From contig CM052817.1 of assembly GCA_028534125.1 (NCBI GenBank), positions 48,982,001 through 49,046,000 of the forward strand: 64,000 bases of DNA, in the 5' to 3' direction. Below the pieces are notes generated by a model. The model made no database searches. It saw only the letters and a program-made list of their open reading frames with translations, and was not told the DNA's origin. This DNA is from Lama glama (lineage: Eukaryota). The position numbers were made by a program, and so were the translations under genes. Positions 12,191 through 24,600 of this stretch are shown piece by piece (the first letter of the stretch is position 1; the number at the start of each line of letters is the position of its first letter).

Positions 12191-13677
12191 TGACAAAAGA
12201 TCCTTGACCAAAGCTGTGCCTGCTTAAAATCCTTCATATAAAAAAAAAAGCTTTACTAAAATTATTCTAAAATAGTTATATAACCAGACTCTAAATTGCT
12301 GTTATCACTACCACTGTTTCTTAGTTCAACCTCTTGTTTTTCATGTTAAATTATTTTGATAGTTTCCCAATGGACTTTACTGCCTGTCTATCCTTTACCT
12401 GCCATGCACCTGCTCTATAGATGCCTAAAGAACCCATTCAATCATATCCCTCCTGTATCAGATGATAGTCTCACTTATAATTGCTTGATTTTACATCCAT
12501 TTTGAAAACTAGATAATAAGCCATCAAGTGCAGAGATAAATCATGATATTTATACCCCCAGTGGCTAATTCACTGCCTGCTCAGGATGTAGTCAAGAAAT
12601 ATCTCATGACTGAATGAATACAAACTTCTGTTGGAATTTTATTTTCTAAAAAAATAACACAAGGAACAGTATTTATTTTCAATTGTTTCTTTCTGTACTT
12701 CAAAATAGCTCCTTTATTTCCAACACTTCAAATGTGTAACCAATCTAATTCTGTGTGGTGCTGATAGGATAGTACTTTTCCTGGCACTTCAGGACCTTAA
12801 GAAATCTTGAATCAATATTGAAAAATTCAAAGAATGATTTCTATCTTTTTTTTTCTCCACTTGTCACTGCTCACATGAGGTGCAGTGGGCTCAGGTCTGT
12901 ATTTTTAGCCCAGTTGGACTTTCACTTTGAATGCTATCCTCTTTCCAATTGAGCTTAGCCAAATTATCTTCTTTAGCATCTTCTGTATAAACACAGCCAA
13001 TCAAACATATTCATAATGCAAAATTCCATAAAACAACAATAACAACAACAAAGAAAGAGATGGACAGATGGCAGCAGAGCCATGTCTCTTTTCTGAAAGA
13101 CTTACTTGCTTAGTCCTTATATTTGCTTATCCAATCCTGACAAACGTGTATCTATTTCTTTGTTTTGTTCCTCCTTCCTTCCCTGATTTGGCCATTCATT
13201 CAATCCATCACCAAATCCACTGATTGCCTTTTCTTAGGGTCTCCTTCTCATATTTCTTTAAGTCTTTCTACCACCAACCTATTTCTGTCCCCCTGTCCTC
13301 TGCTTAAATACAGCCTACACATTTCATCCATTTATATATCTTCCAAATAATACGTTTAATATATCCTTTCTTTTTCAAGTATCTTCAGCTGTTGCCTAGT
13401 GCCTAGGGAGTCAAATACAGTGTCTTGTCCTGTCATTGATGGCATTAGGGAGTTCAATTTGAATTAATTCTCTATGTGCATTTAAAATTTATTGAAATCC
13501 TTGGGAACTATTTCCACTTTGAATTGTGGGACAGCCTCCAAAAATATTCCTTGATTTTGCAGTGAAATATTTAACCTTTCATAGATTTTGGAACATTTAT
13601 TGTTGTTTTACACAAAATTGACTTTCTAAAATCCAGTTGGTAACATTTCCTTATTTTCTTGTAGGTATTATTTTAGA

Positions 13678-13870
13678 GCAGTGGTTCCTATTCTAATTGC
13701 TCATCAGAATCTTCAAAGCCAAGTTTCTCAAACTTTCTTGTGTTATTAATCATATAGGGATCTTAATAACCTGCAGATTCTGGTGCAATAGGTCGGAGTA
13801 TGGCTTCAGAATCTAAATTCTGACAAGTTCCCAGATGGTGCTTGTGCATCCACTCCCAAGATTACCTTTA
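13678..13870. mobile_element. MER5-like relic
   Basis: cagtggttc..., tgcagattctgg, ctgacaagttcccagatggtgct. Confidence 0.55.
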
Positions 13871-14372
13871 GAAGGAAAAGTTTTAAGCAACATCCAGGCA
13901 CAGATTAAGTAGCAGGGCAGCCTGCAGTCACAATTATATACAATTCTCTTTAAGAGCTTTTACGTAATACGCCCTTCAGTAGTCTAACTGATTCTGTGAT
14001 GTGGTTAAGAATTATGATACTGATTTTGTCCTTGAGAAAAATTGAAGTTTAGAAAAAGATCAGGAATAGTTCTAGGTGATGAAACTAGGAGTGGTCAGGA
14101 CTAGGACACAGACACAACTGCCCCGTCCCCAGAGCCCAGCCTCTTAACAATGCCAGGACATATGCTCTCTTTTGGACACACTTAGAGAAGTAAGTGTACT
14201 TTACCAGAGCTACACCAGACTGGGTTTCTTCAACTGGGGCTGCTTTTGGTTTGACAGCTTGCTTTTGCTTTTTCTTGTTTTACCTGTCACCATTGATACC
14301 TCTGAAGGATATTAAATGTCACTAGACCCGGCTTACCTCTGTAATCATGTCCTGTGGTTACCGAGCAGCGTT

Positions 14373-16729
14373 TTAAGGAAATGGATATTGAAAAGGATAG
14401 ATAGGATAGTTTTGTGGATACCGCTGATACGGCACGTATTGCTGGTATGGTTGGTAATACCCAAACTGTACACAAACGAAAGGAAAGAAGAAATTGCAGA
14501 GAATTGAGACAATGATGGTGCAAATATTTCTCAGTAAATTTCATTAAAAACTTAGGTTGTTAACGTTGGTAGGACCTTATATATCATCTACATGATTGTG
14601 TTTTCAAGCTTTTAGGTAGATTTTAATTATTTTAAATAAGAATGTTTTAAAGTGGTAAAATGATAAAGCACTTATATTTTTGCTGTTTGTTGAAAATTTT
14701 GCTATTTTATAATACACATGGAGCCATTGATTATAGCCAACCATTCATAAAAGGTTAAGTTATTATTTATAATATTACTTTCAAGCTTCTTTGCCCATCC
14801 TTGAATATTCCAGGGAAGAGATATTTACTAATTCCAGGTTAGGTGGAATTACTACTTCTCACTCTTTACTTATAAATAAAATACTGTTTCTTAAAACTCC
14901 TACATTCTTAAATATTCACTTTTGTTAATCCAAATGTCCTCCATCCCTCCTTCAGCATCCTTTTATTTGGTGCTGTTTGAATTCATCTACTGACTATATT
15001 AGTAAGAATTTTTGAGACCTTATCACATCGATAGACATGTCAAAATAACATGCACTATCACGGAAACATTTCACTAAGAGGAATGTTAAATAAATTAAAT
15101 TTTTTATCCTATTTAATGTGGTTAGTTCAACATACACTAAGGACTGCATTGCCTTTCAAAAGAATCAGGAAGTGGAAACTGACAACATTATATGTATTTT
15201 GAAAGTCTCTGTGGTCTTTTAGGCATATTTTGTATTTAACATAATTAGACTCTCAATATTCTTTAGATCAAGGTAATTATTTACTAGACAAAGATACTTG
15301 TTTTTTTGAGAAAACAATTGACTTTATCAGGGTGGCATTATGAGTTTTCATCCAAATGCTATTAGTACACAAGACTCCTGGGTTTTACCCAGTGTATCAT
15401 AAACAAAAAGACAATGTGTACTTTAATCAGTCATTATGTAAATATGTAAATATATAAATATCAGAGAAGAAAATATTCTTGTACTATACCACATTATCAG
15501 GAGAATACGTACATTGTATTTTCTCCATTTCCAGAAACGTTTCTGTTAAAGTAAAGAACAGATTAACATTTTAACACATGTTTACTTTTCACGTTTTCCA
15601 GTGAAGGAAAGTGTCTTACCTCTTCAGATGAATCAGCTCTCTGGGAAAAAAGGAAAGACAAAAATAGTTAACATTTTAATTTTACAGTTCTAGATTGAGT
15701 GTAAAAATGCATTTAGCTGCCACAATTATGATGAAATGGAATGAAGGTAAAGTTCTGGGGAAATGATACACTAAACTAATTTTGTGTTTGTAGAATGGCA
15801 TCTTTTATATGAATGAAGAGAAATATTTCACTGTAATTCATTTGCTACATTCAAATATCAATTCACTTTGGAACAAATTCTTTTTTGTGTGAAAGGAAGG
15901 CAAATCTATCACTGTGACTAGGACAATGAAACTGAAAAGTTAAAGTTGGGGTATGTCAAGTCAAATGTTTTTTATATGGAAATGTTCAAGTAGCTTAAAA
16001 GCTACTTACATTCATATATTAATTGTGCTAATAGGGTCTGGTATAATGTTTTTCTCTTTTTTTAGATTTGTGTTATTTTATGAAAGATAATCTGTTAGAC
16101 TGTGATGTCATGACCACCTTGGTTTTGAGACATCCAATAGAACTTGCTGGATTAGGAGAAATATTATTATTTCTCCAAGAACATCTCAGTAACTAGACAC
16201 AAAGAATAGTGAAGTGAAAAGTACCATTGTTTTTACGAAGAGGAAACACATTTAGAGGGAGGCGGAAGAAAGCAATTCAGAAAGGTCAGTTTTACCTAAT
16301 GACGCAAAGTAGTTAATGACAATACAGGTAATCCCTGACATTTGGTAAATCTAGAGTTTTAAGATTTAAATGTCTCTATTAGCCTCTTAGATTCATGTCT
16401 TCATGGGGCTATTTAAAATTTTTAATCTTTACATTAAGTTAATTACACTTCTGTGTCTGTATGCTTAGTGTGTTTGTGTATGTATGTATTCAAGATTTAT
16501 TCTAAGTCCTTAATGTACTTATGTAGCTTAATTCAAGGAAAATGTTCATATAAAAATATTAAAATTTATAAAGCCATGTTCAGGTAAATGCACATATAGG
16601 CCAAAACACAAGAAATAAGAGGAGAGACTCACGCTAATTTCTGAGAACATATTCTTCAAAATTTCCTGACATACTTACAATCATGGCTAACATGAGAGCC
16701 ATAATAAAGGCAAAGACGAGGATCTTCAT
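14373..16729 (-). CDS. HSTN: Histatherin/statherin-family secreted SCPP phosphopeptide precursor, 64 aa: [64 protein letters not shown]
   Basis: Coding exons complement(16679-16729, 15620-15640, 15513-15542, 14373-14465). All introns are GT-AG and phase 0. The signal-peptide exon, DSSEE FAM20C motif exon and Y/P/Q-rich exon are typical of STATH/HTN/HSTN. The C-terminus resembles recalled bovine histatherin (..YQPYQRYPLNYPPAYPFP). Exon 2 spans 16679-16742 and exon 5 spans 14337-14465. Confidence 0.88.
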
Positions 16730-17958
16730 TTTTGGCAGAGTCCTGTGAAAGCATATGTGAGAAATCAATAGTACATTCACTGCTGCCTTTACAAACCTTT
16801 TATTGATCTAAGTATGTTCTGAAGCCTTAGGAAACTGACTAGAAATTCAAAGACAATTCAAACACATTGCCTGACATCATGGAACTTAGAAATTAGTAGG
16901 AACCTTGATAAGGAAAGGTAAGTGTTGTGATACAGAAATACTAAAGTGCTATAAACACACAGAAAATGGGCTTCTTAAACAGACTAAGAGAATGGAAGTA
17001 TTAAAGGGAATACAAAGATAAGACCTGTGTTATGTAGAGTAAGTAAAGAAAGTGTTGGGGTTCCTGCAAAGAAACGAAAATGAGGGAGCATGAAAGTGAA
17101 AATGTTTATTTTGTAAGAAGGACAAAAACTGGGGTCAGGATGTCCACTTAGATTGCTGTGAAATTACAAGGGCCTTACAAAATGACATTAGGGATCCTGA
17201 TTAAGGCAGAGCTTAAGAGATGTTTAGAAGGTAGAATGACAAACAACAGAGACTGGCTTTAGAATAAGGAAAATGAACCAGGCTTCTGGCTTAAGAATTT
17301 ATAGATGGTGCAACCCTGACATTACAAAATTAAGGATGCTAGGTAGAGAAAAATCAAATTGAAAAGAGGTTTCAGGAAAAATATTTGTAGCTATTTTGAA
17401 AATTGAAATAATCTTCAAATAATTTTACGAACAAAATTAAGCTAATTTGGGACTCCGATATGTTTTCATAATTCTGTATTTGTCAGTGAACCTGGTTCTG
17501 TTGTTGTTGAAAAAGAAAGAAAGCAGATTACTTCTGAATTATAAATATGTAAATAAATATGCTTCCCAAAATATTAGGTAAATAATGGGTAAAAACTCTT
17601 TCTAAATAATTTTTAGTCATCAGGTTTTACAGAACATCACAGCAACATCTTTTCCCAAATGATAGAAGAAACTATTCTTCTGCTAAAAAGCACTACATCT
17701 CTAACATAGGAATCGGAACTGGGGACTGGTGGTATTTCTCTCTTTCCTTATCTGCTGATTTTGCTTCATTGGTTTAATTCAGGACTGGCATTAGATAAAC
17801 CATGAAAATTATGTATTTCTTGGTGAAGTTTCTCATCACCTTCTAGTTGAACAATTGTTCAGTCATGTTATAATACAAAAAACAATGCAACTATTAGTGT
17901 TGTTTATACTTGAAATTTTATTTAGAGGATTGAGAGAAATTCACAGGAACTAGTATTC

Positions 17959-17990
17959 GATAGATAGATAGATAGATAGACAGACAGATA
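17959..17990. repeat. (GATA)n/(GACA)n microsatellite
   Basis: Seen directly. Confidence 0.9.
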
Positions 17991-18687
17991 AATTGAAGGA
18001 CTCTGAGAAAATACTTCCCAAAGAACTCAGTCATAGAAGTTTGAAATAGTAAAAGCTTTTTTCAGCCAAATCACAGAGGAAACAAAAACGTGTTAAATAA
18101 AATGAATTATTAAAATAAACTAGTCTGTTACATGGTGTTAACTATGCAGGAAACGGGAACCTATTTTGAATGATGAGAAGGGCAATCAAGGAGTAATGGA
18201 TATGAATTAGTTACGGGAATAAAGTAACTTTGAAAAAGGTTACTTAAACCTTTGAAATAATGCACACATTTGCAAAAAGAGTTTATGTCACTCAAGAGAG
18301 AATTTTCTTCTAAAATGTAATCTTCAACTTTAGGTCAAGGTCAAGGTAATTATTAATAATATGGATATCAGATATTGAGTCAGGAAAGTGGAAAGGCTAC
18401 TAGGAGATCCCACCAACAGAGAAGATGGAGCACATTTTCTCCATTATCCACATCATTTACTTTATACAATAATTATTGTCAATTCAGAGGCATTGACATC
18501 CTGAACTTACCTTCAGATTGTGATATAGGGTCATCATTTCTTTAAATTGTTTCTGTGTGCAAAATTATCAATAAAAACATACATTTTATAAGTGGTTTTC
18601 AACTCAGCCTAGCGAATGAAAGATTAGAAAAAGACATCATATTATATTGTACATGAACATATTACCTTTTCCCAAGATGAGACTCAC

Positions 18688-18728
18688 CAGTCAGAGAAGC
18701 TGAAATTCTGAGGCCTTAAGAAAGGATG
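18688..18728 (-). other. HSTN: HSTN-like gene non-coding exon 1
   Basis: ...tttcagcttctctgactg|gtgagt donor with TATTTAA ~25-30 bp upstream; conserved in the paralog; TSS approximate. Confidence 0.7.
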
Positions 18729-18752
18729 TTCTTTGCTAGATGACTTATGTAC

Positions 18753-18759
18753 TTAAATA
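18753..18759 (-). promoter_or_regulatory. TATA-like box (TATTTAA) of the HSTN-like gene
   Basis: Position relative to exon 1; conserved in the paralog. Confidence 0.6.
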
Positions 18760-21016
18760 CATGAAAATCCTCCATTTGTTTTTATAAATCATGTCAGTTA
18801 TGAGATCATATTATAGAACTCAAAATACTGCCCAAGATCTGTCCCCGCAGACACTAAAAATAAACTTAACGGTGATTTTACAATAGAGGATTGTGAAGCA
18901 GTGATCAGGAAACCAATGGACCCTACGAAAGTTAATCCCACTGTTAGTCTGCGTATCTGTGAATAAGACAAAGGGAAGATTTGCTAGAATAAACCAAGTG
19001 TAGAAGTGAATGGAAATGGTAAAAATATTTCTCTAGAACACCATCTTCCCTATTTCAACAAATGCATGTCCAAGTTGAAACAAATCTATACCAAAAATAA
19101 TACAATCTTCTCAAAATCTTGCCTGGTTTTTAAAATGGTGGTAACTGGCATAATAAATTTGAGCCATCAATTATTTCAAACATGTTTCCTATGACTTATT
19201 AAGTTGTACTTTTATTTTATGACATGGAATATTTTAAGTCTTAAAGTCAAATATTTGTAAACATGTGGTAATCTTATGAGTAGTGTATGATACAATAATC
19301 CTTATTTTTAAAGCCAAATGACCATGAAGCTAGTAATTTATATCGCTCATAGTAAATAGATGCATGTGTTTCAAATTGAATTTACCTACTTTGCATCTTT
19401 AGGGTCTCATTTTTGCCTCAGTGGAAGCCAGGTATTGACATGATCATACTCTTACTCAAAATGCAGTATGTGGGACCATCGAAATCACTGTCACCTGAGA
19501 GCTTGTTGGAACTGCAAATTCATTAGTCTTCTTTCCAAACACATTGATTCAGAATCTTGGAGGTGTAAAAGAAATACCATTTTAGTAATATCTCCAGGTG
19601 ATTACTTGTGTACTGTAAAGTTTGAGAAACCACATAATAGACTCATAAGTGTATATTTGTCTCTAGATTGGACCCCTTAGAAATTAAGGCTTCATTTTAT
19701 AGCAGATGTTTGAGGAAATGTTTATTAGGTGAATTTTCTATGCTATATTTGAACATCCCCACCAGAAATTAATGTCATACTCTAGGTGGCATATAAAATA
19801 ATGTAAATGCTTTATAAAAGTAAATAAAGGATTAAAATCCAATTTATTTTAAATAATTCTTGCTCTTTTTCATTTTTTTCTATGCCTTATAGATATATGA
19901 AGTCTCCTCAAATGCAAAGCAAATCCAATCTCCAGGATATTCTCAATGGAAAAAAGATATACAGGGTTTAGAAATTATTGACATAAGCCTGATTTTTTAA
20001 ATATAAGCCCTTCTTTATTTATTTTGAAAACATCAAATGATTTTCTTTTATCTTCCTCTGTTCTTTCTCTCTTCCTGCCTTACTGCTTTCTCTCACCATT
20101 TATGTCTTCTTGATTCATTTAAGTAACGTTTCTCGGCACCATCTGGTAGACCTATGATATTCATAGCCTAGTGACCAAAAAGTAGTATAATGCTCCAAAG
20201 GCCATGCCCAACAGGAACAGCAACAAACACAAACTGCCAGCTAATAAAAATGGGTAGATGCTAAAACATTTAAAATCTACAATTAAAATTAACTCACACA
20301 TATTTCAGTTGGAACACCAAAATGTAGGCATTATTCCACCCATCATTCTCCGCTTCAACACGGTAGGAAGTGTGGGGATTATGCATGACAGTAGGAAACA
20401 AGAACAGTGGACTCAACACAGGAGTGGCCTTCTTGTGTTACTTATGGTTTTCACTTCCAGGAACAGTAGGTCATTTTAAAAGACTGACGGACCAGAACAT
20501 GCCCTGCTATTTTATAATTAAGAAAAACAGATATATACCCTCTATAAGCAAAAACCATACTTCTTGAAACTGCCAAGGTCTTTTATTTACAAGGGAAAAA
20601 TAAATAAGCACTCCTGCTGTATCACATGTGTCCCATTAAATTGGTGGCATAAGGATGCAACCTGTGAATGGTATTTATGGTGATATTTATGCTGGATTTT
20701 CTCTCCTTATCTTACTTCTCCTCCTGTTCCTCTTATTTCTCCTCTTTCTTCTGCTCCTCCTTCTCCTTCATTCCCCTCTTTCTCCTTTATTTCTCCCGCA
20801 ATGAAAGCATGGTCTACAGGCTGTTACAAAATTCATGATGTTTATTTAACTAAAAAAAAAATTGTGTACATTCCTCTGTGAACTATTAAAATGAAAAATA
20901 TCACAACTGACAGATAGAAAGCAACATATGAAGGCCCACTAGATAACAAAAACCTCCTGGGAACTGGGAATATTCAAAGTGACAGTCTCCTATTCCTGCT
21001 AAGTGGCTTCCCTTAT

Positions 21017-21605
21017 GTTATGGACTGAATGTTTTTGTTGCTCTCAATTGAAATGTTGAAGCTCTATCCTCCAATATATTCTATTAGGAGGTGGGAGTCC
21101 TAGGAGGTAATTAGATTTAGATGAGGTCATAGAGTGGATACCCCTTCTAATATGGAATTAGTGCCCATATTAGAAGAAGAAGAGAGCCTAGAGCTTTTTC
21201 TCTCCACCATGGGAAGATTTGGGAATAAGGCAGCTGTCTGCAAGCCAGCAAGAGGGCCCACACAATAGAATCCAACTATGCTGCACTCTGGTTTTGGACT
21301 TCCCAGCCTCTAGAATAAGATAAATAAATATCAGCTGTTCAAGCTACCCAGCCTACAGTACTGTCATCCCTGTGTAACTTCGGGGGATTGGTCCTAGAAC
21401 CCACCAAGGACACCGAATCCATGGATGCTTCATTCCCATGGTCAGCCCTCCGTATCCACAGCTGAGCATCTGTGGATTCAAACAAACCAGGTTGTGTAGC
21501 ACTGTATTTACTATTGAAAAAAAATCTGAGTATAAGTGGACCAGAGCAGTTCAAATTTAGATAGTTCAAGGGCCAACTGTATTTTATGATAGCAGCCTAG
21601 ACAAC
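21017..21605 (+). mobile_element. MaLR LTR (MLT1A-like), paralog of 3517-3877, interrupted by MER2
   Basis: tgttatggactgaatg...ttggacttcccagcctctagaa...atagcagcc. Confidence 0.8.
21361..21579 (+). mobile_element. MER2-like TcMar-Tigger DNA transposon
   Basis: TA flanks at 21359-60 and 21580-81, ends ctgtcatccc...caagggccaactg, internal gggggattggt and tctgtggattcaa motifs. Confidence 0.75.
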
Positions 21606-24600
21606 TTGTGATTTGTGAAACAGACAAGGATAAAGGAAATTGCAGATAGAAAAGTCCAGGAGAGAGTTGAATATGTGATGCCAAATTGGACATAAAAAAG
21701 ATCCAGACTGGAGCTGAAGATTTAGGAGTAACCAGCCTATTCATGTAATAAAAGATGCTAAATTTGAAGAGATCATATAGAAAAAGGTTGAAGAATCAGA
21801 AGAGAGGTGAGGACGGAATCCCTAGATAACAGTTTATGTGTAACAGAAAATACAGAAGTCCATGAATGTCTCATAGAAGGTAAAGAAAAGCAGAAAAGAG
21901 GAGAATTTCCAGGCAGTTTGTAAATTGTGAAAGCCAAGAGGCTGAAATTTCAAGAAGGAAGCTTAATCATCATGAAGAAATGTTACAATGACCTTGATGT
22001 TGCTTAGTCTTTTTCAACTACAACTTTGTCTTGAGGAATAGTTACAATAATCGCTGGGATTGGATTAAACAAGAATGGTATAAATCACATTGCAAATAGA
22101 AAGTGTTCAAATAAAAACGTCAAGAATTATTTTTATTTTTATCATGATAATCTTCATTAGCAATAACATATTAATTTTTTAAAAAATTCTTGAAGGATGA
22201 GGGAGAAAATGAAAACAAAAGAACAATGGTCAAACATCTTAGGAAAATGTGAGCTTTCATTTGAAGTTTTAAGATTTAAGAGGGACAAAGTTAGAAATCA
22301 GACATAGATCAATATACAGAAGAGTGCGGGCGGGCAGTTAAAGGCAGTAATGCTCAATGGACTCAATTTTTCTCTATGAAATAGGTGGCTACTTTCTCGA
22401 ATTGACTGATGTTGAGATGAGCTAGATGTTTCAGAAAACTAATGCCATTTTTGGACAGTTTATTTGAGGGAAAGGGTGAAAAGTATATAACCAAAATGAA
22501 AAAAAAAAAAAAGACCTAGTAAGCAGTGTTGAATTCTACACTATGGGAAAAAAACAAACTTTTTTTTTTCCTGTACAATTGAGTGTCCTCGGTAGGATAG
22601 CAGTGTAAGTTTGAGGACTTTCCAGGATTGAGATTTTACCAGGTAAGTTTACTTAAAGTGTTAGATTTAAAGGAATTATTTGAGATATTGCAAGGATGTG
22701 CTAAGTGATAAATATGGAATACTGAATTTCATATTTAACAAAATGAAATAAAATTAAAAACAGAGAAAAGAAAAGGAAATGGAAAAACCAAGGGCCTAGA
22801 GGTTTCTCTAAGATCAAAGTAAATGTATTTTTGTTTCCACCCTAGTCTTCTTCCAAAACACAAATAAAGATCTTATCCTCTTCAAAGGTTTTCATCTCAA
22901 ACCAAAGCGTTAACTTGAACTACAGAACTTTAATAACCTGCACACCCCTTCTCTTGGCCTTCTTTCTTTCTTTCTGCTTCTTCTCTATCTAGGTAGGTAT
23001 CTTTAAAGTTTCCCCAAATGACACACAAATTTCTTTTGCAATAAATTTACACTTGCTGTTCCTTCAACTTGGAAATTTCTTCCTCCAGTCTCACTCCTAC
23101 ACTCAAAGTGGATCATTTCTTAATTGTCACTCTACCATAGAATATGTTCTTGACGCTCCTATTTAAAATAGCCTCTGTGACCTTGCCCCTCCTTTTACGT
23201 CTTTAGAGCACTGTCACTCCCTGAGGTACTACGTATCATTGTTTATGTCTTGTTTCCCACTCCCAACCCTAATGTAAGCTTCATGAAAGTTGGGCTGTGT
23301 CTCTCTTGTTCTCTGTTGTGTTTTCAGCAACCAGGACAATAACTGACAACTGAGCACTCAATAAATAGTCACTCAATAAATTTTTATTGATGAAGGTCAT
23401 TGATGACACCACTAATGGAGGCATTATAATCTTTATGTCCCCAGTGCCTGCCTGCTTTTATTAAGTGACATTAGGAGTTCGCTGATGGCCTCTCTGGACT
23501 CAGTTAGGACCCTGGGGAAGGTTTAGGATACGTACTGTGGCAACTGGAACTGGGAACAAATCGGAATTGTTAGAATAAGTAGTTCAAAAGAACCCTGCTG
23601 AGGTTGTGGACCATATATTTGTAAGATATGAAATAGGATGAAATAAATTAGAATTTGTTGACCTCAAAGAAGCTCTCACATAAAGTTGCTTCAGTATAAC
23701 TCAAAGTAGGAAGACAAAATATTTAAAGGAATGGTTATCTAGCTTAGCCTGTCAGTATGAAAAATACAGATAGAATTATGCCTCACATTTATTTCTTTTA
23801 GAAAGAAAAAAAAATGTTTCTGTTACTTGAAAACAGCAGTGAAAAGAGCTTAACAGTTAACAGTTGTGACCATCTCATCAAATACTAATTAGGAAAGCAA
23901 GTATCATGAAATGCAGAGACTGCAAGTGAAGTAATACATGAGTAAACACATAAAAGGAAACTTTAAGTCCAATAAAGGATCACTTCAATTTCTACTACTG
24001 TGTTTATGTTACTGTCTAATAAATGCTTAATATTTGTGATACAACTGCTGGCCTACAAAATTTCTTTAAATTCACTTGTTAAAACTATTTTCTTTGATTC
24101 CTTTTCTTATACGGCTATCTTTTATTTTGGGGTGTTGGGAGAAGTAGACTTACCAGAGTGGGTGTAAAGTAATAAGGGATTTTCTTAATGTGATTCCATA
24201 AGTTCAAAGAAATTAACAATAGTCCCCCCCCAATTAAACAATATCTATAAGACAGATTAGGTCAACTGATACCAAACAGACCGAACTACAGAACTGTTCA
24301 TTACGTAAAATTAACTAAAATTGTGACTACACTCATAAAGTGGACTAGAATATAGAAATCATATAATAAATTCAGAATTCAGACAAAAAGGTTTTAAACT
24401 GTAAGAATATATTTGCCAGTAAGAAGGAAAGAAGACAATTGCTGAATTATCAAGATATGTATATCAATTGTCCATATTGTTTCCCATAAGTGGTCTTCAG
24501 AGTTAGAGAGACTGAAGTGAAACTCCCATGATCCTATGTACTGAAATCTGTCGCCCTTGGCAGGATGCTGAATCTGTTTGAGTGCCACTTACTGACAGAA

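Larger units (their letters stand above)
17353..22695. repeat. Segmental duplicate (copy 2): HSTN-like intron 1/exon 1/5' flank
   Basis: Collinear with 1-5000. Confidence 0.9.

Noticed and set aside
14287..14544. ORFs overlapping HSTN-like exon 5
   Set aside because: Wrong frame or strand; the true frame is FGYYQPY...
16639..16647. Isolated intronic perfect GAS motifs (also 58339-58347)
   Set aside because: TTCN3GAA is expected by chance every few kb in DNA this AT-rich; no supporting context
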